Positions 56,020-64,000 of a DNA stretch of 64,000 nucleotides are shown here, one piece after another. Below the pieces are notes generated by a model, which was not told the origin of the DNA, did no database searches, and saw nothing but the letters and a program-made list of their open reading frames with translations. Made by a program: the position numbers and the translations under genes. The stretch comes from Octopus sinensis (lineage: Eukaryota), in assembly GCF_006345805.1 (NCBI RefSeq), contig NC_042999.1, positions 173,910,001 to 173,974,000 of the forward strand, in the 5' to 3' direction. Numbering within the stretch: the stretch's first letter is position 1; each line of letters opens with the position of its first letter.

Positions 56020-56030
<11 letters not shown>
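55860..56030 (-). mobile_element. SINE family B, 3' part, deleted
   Basis: CCTGGTACTTATTCTATCG and ACTGCGGCCATGCT match family B. Confidence 0.75.
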
Positions 56031-56055
<25 letters not shown>

Positions 56056-56085
56056 CATACATACATACATACATACATACATACA

Positions 56086-56121
<36 letters not shown>

Positions 56122-56129
56122 TAAATCAA

Positions 56130-57330
56130 TATCTTTTAGAGCTTTATTACATATTAGGGCCATATTCGATCCTATCATTACAATAGATACCAATTTGACG
56201 GTTGTCAATTTCCTGGTTGTATCTTTAGATTTAATTAGGAATATTTACAAACCCTTTAGGAAGCCAAACGTTAGACTTAGCTATATTAAGGTAGGTTCCT
56301 ACCATACCCCCATAGTATTTAAGAATTTAGTTAAAAACATTAGCAAGAGAATTTCTAGCCTCTCCTCCAATATAAACATTTTTAATAGTGCTGCCCAAAT
56401 ATATAATAAAGTTCTAAAAGATAGTGGTTTTAGCGAGGAAATAACCTATACACCTGTTATTAGTCCAGTAACAAAGAAAAGGAAAAATAGGAATAGAAAA
56501 ATTATCTGGTTTACATCACCTTACTCACCCGAAGTGACCTTTAATATGGGTAGATATTACATATCACTTATAGATTGGTATTTTCCAATCAATCATAATT
56601 ATAGAAAGCTCTTTAATAGGCACAACTTAAAAATTAGTTTTAGTTCCACTACTAACTTTAAAAATATAATTGCACACAACACACAAAAACAACAAAATGA
56701 AGCCGGCTGTTCCTGAAGAGTTAAAAAGTTGTGTCCGCTAAATGGAGCTTGTATGAAGCACCGTAGACTCTACAACCACTAAGGATATAGTTTCGTCAAA
56801 GAAATATGTGGGTCTCACAGAGTGAAATTTTAAAACCAGGTTCAACAATCACAACTGAAGCTTCAGACACTGGCATAATAGGAAAACAACCAAATTATCC
56901 AGTTATATATGGTCCTTAAAAGAAAGAGGTGTCAACTATAAGATTCACTGGAAGATCTTGGCCAAGTGTAAGCCTTACACCAACGGCAGTGGAAAGTGCG
57001 ATCTTTGCGATATGGAAAGATGGCTCATCTGAAAAAGTTCTTTAGACACCGCTACATGTCTAAATTCAAGATTGAACTTTTTGGGTCATGTCCACGTATG
57101 GCAAAACATTTGCTACTTTTTTGGACCTCCCCCCCCCACCCAAGATCACAGATAGAACTTGCTTTTTATATTATGTCCACGTACAAGTTTTTCATATGCA
57201 TTAAAATCTTATATATTTCTTATATATATTTTATTGCTTTATATATTTTTGTGTATGTTATTTTTCACCCTTTATAATTGTGTAACTTATACGCGTGTAG
57301 TATATACCCAATGTGTATGTGCGTGCATAT
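56130..57330 (+). mobile_element. PLE RT thumb + GIY-YIG fragment
   Basis: KRISSLSSN..IIWF..PYS..LIDWYFP..KLFNRHNLKISFS; RFNNH..TTKLSSYIWSLK..IHWKIL..CDLC. Confidence 0.85.
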
Positions 57331-57347
57331 ATACATGTGTACGAATG

Positions 57348-57413
<66 letters not shown>

Positions 57414-57974
57414 CGCAATACTCTACCTGTTGTACTTGTCTCCTTCCTTCATACATATGTGTATGTATATATGTTTATATATCTGTAGGTGTAGATGTGT
57501 TCGACAGACAGGAGGTTATATTTGTGTATACACATATATAACTCATTTGCATATTCAAATTTTGCGGCGAATGTGAGTGTTTTACTGTTTATGTTTTTTG
57601 CGTATATGTTTTTAAGTGTATATACGTCTATCCGCGTATGTATGTGCATGGGCGTATAGACTAACGTTTTGTATATCCGCGTATGTATGTGTATGTGCGT
57701 ATAGAGATGAGTATATGAACATAATGATGCGTACGTTTTTGCGTATGTGTTTTTTTATTTCTATATACTTCTTTCCGCGTATGTATATGCATATGCGTAT
57801 AAACTACGTTTTGTATATCCAGGCATGTATGTATGTGTGCGTGTAGAGATGTATATATGAGCGTAGTGATGCGTGCGTGGGTATATAAGCGTGTGCCTGT
57901 GCGTGTATGCGTAGACATATATATGTATATATGTGTGTTTGTATTTATATGTACACGCGTGTGTGAGCATGTAT

Positions 57975-58022
<48 letters not shown>

Positions 58023-58122
58023 GTGTGTGTATATGTGGATTCTATGAACAAAGCATTACTTTCCCCATGCCTATTGGAGTAATTTCCCTTTATTCAACGG
58101 TTTTTATTTTCACACCGTTTTC

Positions 58123-58183
58123 CATAATAACTGATGAGATGCCGGAACAGACTTAAACCCCGGCATCCGAAAGTTTTATTATG
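58123..58183 (+). ncRNA. Hammerhead-like motif with long stems in a PLE terminus
   Basis: CATAATAA-CTGATGA-GATGCCGG/14 nt/CCGGCATC-C-GAAA-GTT-TTATTATG; two perfect 8-bp stems, stem III reduced. Confidence 0.65.
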
Positions 58184-58552
58184 ACAACCAACTTGATATG
58201 CTTTGACGTTATCATCAAAGCATGGTATAAACGTTATTTACAACACCTAAAGGGAAGAAACATTTTTATGAATAGAAATAGGCAACGTAGTAACTGAAAA
58301 TAATGCTTGTTGGAAAATAACATAGGGATGACTACTGTATGAGAACACAACACCAGGGTGCTTGCAAAAGGGTTTATATATAATGAGCGAATAAATTTCA
58401 AATAATTGAAATTAATGAGGAGGAATAAAATCATTATCTTAATAATCAAACTGAAGCGAAAACAGCAGGAATGAAATTAAAATTAATTAAAATTGGAATA
58501 TAATAGTAAAGTCTATTACTTAGCTGCACGTCAGGTCTGGTCAAATATGAGC

Positions 58553-58666
<114 letters not shown>

Positions 58667-58796
58667 TATATATATATATGTATGTATGTATGTATATATA
58701 TATATATTATATATATGTATATATATATTATGTATATATAATATGTATATATTATATTATATAATATATATATATTATATATATATACATATATAT

Positions 58797-58829
<33 letters not shown>

Positions 58830-58836
58830 TGTGCAT

Positions 58837-58868
<32 letters not shown>

Positions 58869-58978
58869 GTGTTAAAATGTTCAGTCTTACTGCATCGTAT
58901 TCTAGGCATATCTTCTTCTATAGCTCTGTGAGTGGGTGTGGTAGACGGAATAGAAGCCCGTCGTATATAATACACACC

Positions 58979-59051
<73 letters not shown>

Positions 59052-59819
59052 CTGTGTGTGTGTGTGTGGTGGGGGTCTCCGTGAGCATTCTCGCATATGA
59101 TAATTAAGAAATTAATTAAATTATGGTATATGCAAATTCTTGAAAAAATCTAAGACCAATGCAAGAGAGATAACAATTAGCGTATTCTTACACTTGCTCT
59201 GGGCTGTGTATTTACTTTTAAATCCCGTAAAGACTCCAGTAAACTCGTGTATTCTCATGCAAAATGAAGACGTGTATCAACATTCCCAAATGCATCGCTT
59301 GAATAATTGTGGACAACTTCCACATGAAACCATTGGCTGTCTTGTTAATCCACAATATAAAGAGAGTTTATCCACCAGTGCGGTATTGAGCACTCATTTT
59401 CACAGTTTGATACTGGCGTATGTGTGTGGGTGCATGTTTATGCGTATGTATGTGTGTGTTTGTTTTTGTGTAGTGAAGATAGCATAGAAAAGTGTATCTG
59501 CAAAAGAACTCTCAACCTAAACTATTGCCTATCTATTCTTTCATATTGCAACTTTCAAGAAAGCAGTCCACTGCTGCAGAAACTCCAGTTACATCATTGG
59601 CAAAAGCAGTGTGCAGATCTTACGAAGAGTAAGATATAATACAAATAAGAAAACAAATGAATGAATATACGCATCCTTATCAGACGAGCATCAAGTCATA
59701 CAAATGTAACTCTAATAATTAATAACGTTGCGCTATATTCATTCTTTGTCTTTATATATATATGTGTGTGGGCATATGAGCCTTTGTGCATATGTGCATG
59801 TGTATTCATATATATACAG

Positions 59820-60030
59820 TTAATCCAAACATGAAAACACAAAGAGAAAACACAACGCGAGGACGTGGAACAAATATAGTATTATTGGACGCCCAGGAAG
59901 GAAGGGAAGAAGGAGGGTTTTACGTTTTGAGCGGAGCTCTTCGTCAGAAACATAGGAAAAGGAAAGATCCAGAGAAGGGAAGACGGAGGAAAAAAAATCG
60001 CCAACGGTACACACTCGGTCACGCGTAGAG
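59820..60030 (-). mobile_element. Penelope-like terminus (family 2) with hammerhead at 59917-59951
   Basis: GTTT-CTGACGA-A-GAGC/TCC/GCTC-AAAA-CGTA-AAAC (G12A). Confidence 0.72.
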
Positions 60031-61036
60031 GCTGTTCCAATGAATCTTTCTTTCTTTAGTACGGAGAGGTGTTAACTGAAGGATACTTAGATGTTACTCT
60101 TTACACGTCAAGTTACCGCATACAGAACTCCCTTACTGACGCCAGCACATATCAGTAGATATGGATGAGAATTGACTTTTGTATAATTTTTCCAGCGTTA
60201 TTTAAGGTTCATCTATACCCGGAGCTGTCACTCATATTTAAGAGATGGTTTTGAACTTTTCTCTTCTATCAATCGATGTTTTTGTTTTACAAATCTTACT
60301 ACACTTTAGGTTTATATTTCCATCAAAACTGTCGAACGAATTGCATCATTTGTGTAAGAAACCACCATTACTGCAAATAAAGTAACTCATAGAATGATTT
60401 AATATAAATAGATAAATATTATTTTTAATTATATACAGAAATTGGGTTCAATCAATTTATTTGTTTCCAACAGTTTTAGATATATTTATGTCTACTTCTT
60501 TAATTTAATGTAGCTTCATGAACAATATATTTGTATGTGTGTATGTATTATGTATGTTTGTTTGTATAACATTATGCGCAGTATACATAGTTTCATAGTA
60601 AAACTACGTCAAAATTAAAGAAAGAACGACATCAAAACGATGAAACAAGTAAAATTCCCACAAAACAGTAAGCTAATGTTAGCCGAGGCCAAATAGTTTC
60701 TTTTTTGCACTGTCCTCTGTGAATTTTATCGTCCCTCAATGATTGTTCAACGTTTTAATAGATATCAAACACTGTTTATAACAGAACATCGATTCCTATT
60801 ATAGTGTGTATCGCAGAACCATTTGCCGCAAATATATTAATATACACACATATCTATGTATAATCAGTAGAGGTTGAAGTTGAAGTTAAGATCACCGTTT
60901 TCCAGTTATAGAAACTTTTCTTTAAATCATGAACTTTAACTTTCATATACTTATATGTAATTAAATTCAATTTAAACATGTGTGTATATATATATATATA
61001 TATAAACATGTATATATATATATATATAATATATAT

Positions 61037-61131
<95 letters not shown>

Positions 61132-61209
61132 TTACACACACATAAAGATATGTATCTTTATATATATATATCTACAAAACACTCAACGCACAGATACTCG
61201 TGTGTGTGT

Positions 61210-61595
61210 GTCTCTGTGCGTGTGTGTGTGCGATAAGAAGTTTCCTTCCTAACCACATGGTTTCGAGTTCTGTCCCAGAACTTGGGCAAGTATCTTCTAC
61301 CTCGGGTCAACTACAGGCATGTGAGTGCATTTGGTAGACGGAAACTGAAATAAGCCAATGGTATGTAGTGAGTATTTTTATGTTTGTGTTAGTCCCCCTA
61401 CCACCGGTATTGACAACCTTTATTGACAACCGATACTGATGTGTTAACGTCATCATAACTTAACGGTTCGACAAAAGCGCCCGATAGAATAAGAACTAGG
61501 CTTAAAATATAATAAGTGCTAGGATCTATTTGTCCGAGTAAAACTCAAGGCGGTGTCCTAGCAGAGCTGCAGTCCAATGGCTGAAACAAGGAAAA
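61210..61595 (+). mobile_element. SINE family B, diverged
   Basis: AACCACATGGTTTCGAGTTC..CTTGGGCAAGTATCTT..GGTAGACGGAAACTGAAA..GGCTGAAACAAG. Confidence 0.85.
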
Positions 61596-62159
61596 ATCAA
61601 GCAGATATATAATAAATACATAAGTATATACCTGTTGTGTGCGTGAGTGTGAGCGTGTGTGTGGGGGTGTATGGGTGTATGTATGCATCTAGGTATGTAT
61701 GCCTATTATGTATATAAATGCACTGAAGAGAGGAAGAGTTGAGGTTATTCTGAATAAGAAACAAAACAAGCGACATAATGCAGAAGAAAAATGGAAAGAA
61801 AATGTAAAAGGTGAAAGACAAAACGAAGAGATAGAGAAAAGAGAGAAAGTCTGGTGAAATCATCTTTTAAATGATAGGGTGCAAATTAAAGAGAGCTTCA
61901 GCTGCCAATTTTAGCATGTCCAATGACTATATAAGAGTGTCCATAGTTTGCATGTTCTGTCTAGATGTATAGTTTGTTGGTACTTGTGTTATGTAGCGTT
62001 ATTTCAATTTAATTTAGCAATTTAGCTGGGAGAGGTAAATATCAAAATGCTGGGAGCCATAAAAGTGAAAGAAGTCGTAGATACAACGCAATTTAAGAAA
62101 AACCAGAGAGAGCAGATGAAGAAAATTTTGCAGGACAAGAAAATGCACAGTTCTATATT

Positions 62160-62340
62160 TAAGAGATGAGGAATTTTGTACATTATTTACATTTTACGGA
62201 TATTTGTCCTCATCTTGTTTGTTGTTAACACAACGTTTCGACTGATATAGCCTTCAGCCTTCATCAGGTGTCTTGGGGAAATTTCGAACCCGGGTTCTCA
62301 TTCTTAAGGTATATTTCGATGTTGTTATTATTATTATTTT
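62160..62340 (-). mobile_element. Penelope-like terminus with intact-core hammerhead at 62227-62272
   Basis: GACAC-CTGATGA-A-GGCTG/10 nt/CAGTC-GAAA-CGTT-GTGTT. Confidence 0.72.
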
Positions 62341-62384
<44 letters not shown>

Positions 62385-62450
62385 TATGATGTAGTGGTTA
62401 AGAGCGCGGGCTACTAACCCCAAGATCCCGAGTTCGATTCCAGGCAGTGT
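62385..62450 (+). mobile_element. tRNA-like SINE head
   Basis: A-box TAGTGGTTAAG and B-box GAGTTCGATTCC present, but anticodon and acceptor stems do not pair. Confidence 0.6.
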
Positions 62451-62504
62451 GGTGGTGGACTTGGAGGGCTCGCGTTGGGGCAGTTCCTGATCAAGTGACC
62501 ATCC

Positions 62505-62850
62505 AAGTTCATATTCAGAGAATAATAAGTGATCGGTTTTATGTAGATGACTTAAAACTCTATAGCAAAGACGATAATGAATTTGAAGAACTACTACGTA
62601 CTGTGAAAGCATCCAGTGATGACATTGAGATGGAATTTAGTCTTGATAAAAGTGCCGAGGCCACTTTACAGAAAGGGAATCTGAAGGCCTCACATTCGGT
62701 GGAGTTGACTGTTGACACAGTCACAAAAGAACTCAAACAGCAACAAACTTACAAATACCTCGGAATAAATGAGGGCTCTGGCATTCAGCATGCAAGTATG
62801 AAATAGAATATCAAGAAAGAGTGTTACAGGAGATTTCGAGCAAGCTTATT
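62505..62850 (+). mobile_element. R4/Dong-clade RT fragment
   Basis: FYVDDLKLYSK..LLRTV..SDDIEMEFSLDKSA..TYKYLGI..IKKECYRR. Confidence 0.85.
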
Positions 62851-63190
62851 TAACGTGACGTTGATATCAACTTTATACTATGCAGTCAACATAAATATAC
62901 CGAGTTTGGTGTAAGTGGCATTTATAAAGCAAATATAAGACTAACAAAGAGAGCAAACTTTCTCAGATAATTGTTACATCACGACTAATACACCACCCCA
63001 GAAAGAAAAGGCAAAGAATCCCGAAACCAAAATAAAAATAATGAGAAAAGGAAAAAAGAAAAGCACTAATGATAAATTGAATACATAGAATAATGTAAAG
63101 AAATAACCCAGCAAATTTGTAAGCCCATAAGCTTTCACAGAAATTCAAAAAAGAATAGGACAAGGTGCATCAAAAGTTCTACATACTACT

Positions 63191-63885
63191 TCATCTGTTT
63201 AACAACTGGCTTCTCACTACACACTTTGCATCTAACTCAAAATAATACAACTTATACAGAACATATGCAATGTAATCAACGTTTAATACTTTCAAACTAC
63301 GTAGAATAAACAAGAATAACCCCCAAACTAAAAGTACAAGAAAACGAAGTGACGAATACAGAAATGTTAATACACACACCACACTATTTATCATTATGAT
63401 GATATTGAACCTCACAATCCTTTCTTTAATGGCGGGGGTAGAATATTTGAAATTATCCAAAATAAAGGAAAAAGTGCATGTGTTTTTCGACAAGCAACGT
63501 AATAGAGAATAGCTAAAGCATGTCAGTACCACGGCATTTAAAGTGACAACATAGAATAAAATGTGAAAGGAATAGCGTATGGTAGTGACTGCAACAATAG
63601 AGGTAGAAACTATAATTTATTCTCTTGTAAAAACATCTAGCAGGGAAAACGGAATATGTGTTGTCAATCTGTCTTGAGTAAAACCACAGATGGACGTTAA
63701 ATTTATCGACAAACTTAACAAAGACAATAGTAAAATGACAGATACAGTCTCAGTAAAAATGCTAATACAATCTATATCACCACCAAAAACAACACCAGCA
63801 TTAGAATGTATAAACTCAATTATATATCTGCGCAGGCGATATACAGCACCTGCATTTGATAATATAGTTTTCAAAGCATCAATGC
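63191..63885 (-). pseudogene. Candidate multi-pass membrane protein exon, possibly LGR/GRL101-type GPCR, with an in-frame stop
   Basis: T11-AG acceptor, then ~230 codons in one frame with a single TAA; hydrophobic segments C..IFTETVSVILL, YSFHILF..LNAVVLTCFSY, KERIVRF..INSVVCVLTF. Confidence 0.35.
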
Positions 63886-64000
63886 CTAAAAAAAAAAATT
63901 GTCGTGCTTAGTATTTTTTGACAGGACTGCCAAATTAAGGTCTGTCCTGGTGATAAACAACAACACTTGCAGCAGAAAAAACAGCATAGGAACACTTTCT

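Noticed and set aside
62385-62450. Functional tRNA gene
   Set aside because: A and B boxes are present but the cloverleaf does not close; it is a SINE-type head.
62963-63885. Mitochondrial insertion (NUMT) read with TGA=Trp
   Set aside because: In-frame TAA and TAG remain, and I see no ND/COX/CYTB motif.
63576-63911. Cadherin-like reading of the plus strand (VTATIEVETIIYSL..IIYLRRRY)
   Set aside because: No DxNDN, DxD or LDxE motif is preserved and upstream frames are full of stops; kept only as an alternative to the minus-strand call.

Overview
Animal genomic DNA, AT-rich and saturated with microsatellites and transposable elements. The two SINE families and the microsatellite load look like octopus/cephalopod DNA (my inference from remembered consensus sequences, not a search). 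I find no intact host protein-coding gene, no CRISPR array and no functional tRNA or rRNA gene; most ORF-track entries are microsatellite translations. The main element is a near-intact, 5'-truncated Penelope-like element (PLE, ~5041-8712, +). It has a 216-codon upstream frame that the ORF track missed, overlapping the RT/GIY-YIG frame at a T-TTT-TTA heptamer (possible -1 ribosomal frameshift). Its 3' end carries a hammerhead ribozyme with a compensated U3-A8 core. Eight further hammerhead motifs lie in scattered PLE termini. Other mobile DNA: two tandem near-identical non-autonomous Helitrons; a Tigger/pogo fossil; R4/Dong, CR1-like, RTE, L1/Tx1, mariner and possibly Merlin fragments; and two tRNA-derived SINE families. 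One SINE family forms a tandem array and shares its 3' tail with a Tx1-like LINE. Also present are an 18S rRNA pseudogene fragment and several fold-back palindromes. Two candidate decayed host genes: a multi-exon cadherin-repeat pseudogene (~18.2-22.5 kb, +) and a possible LGR/GRL101-type GPCR pseudogene exon (~63.2-63.9 kb, -). All family calls come from manual translation and motif recognition, and boundaries marked ~ are approximate.
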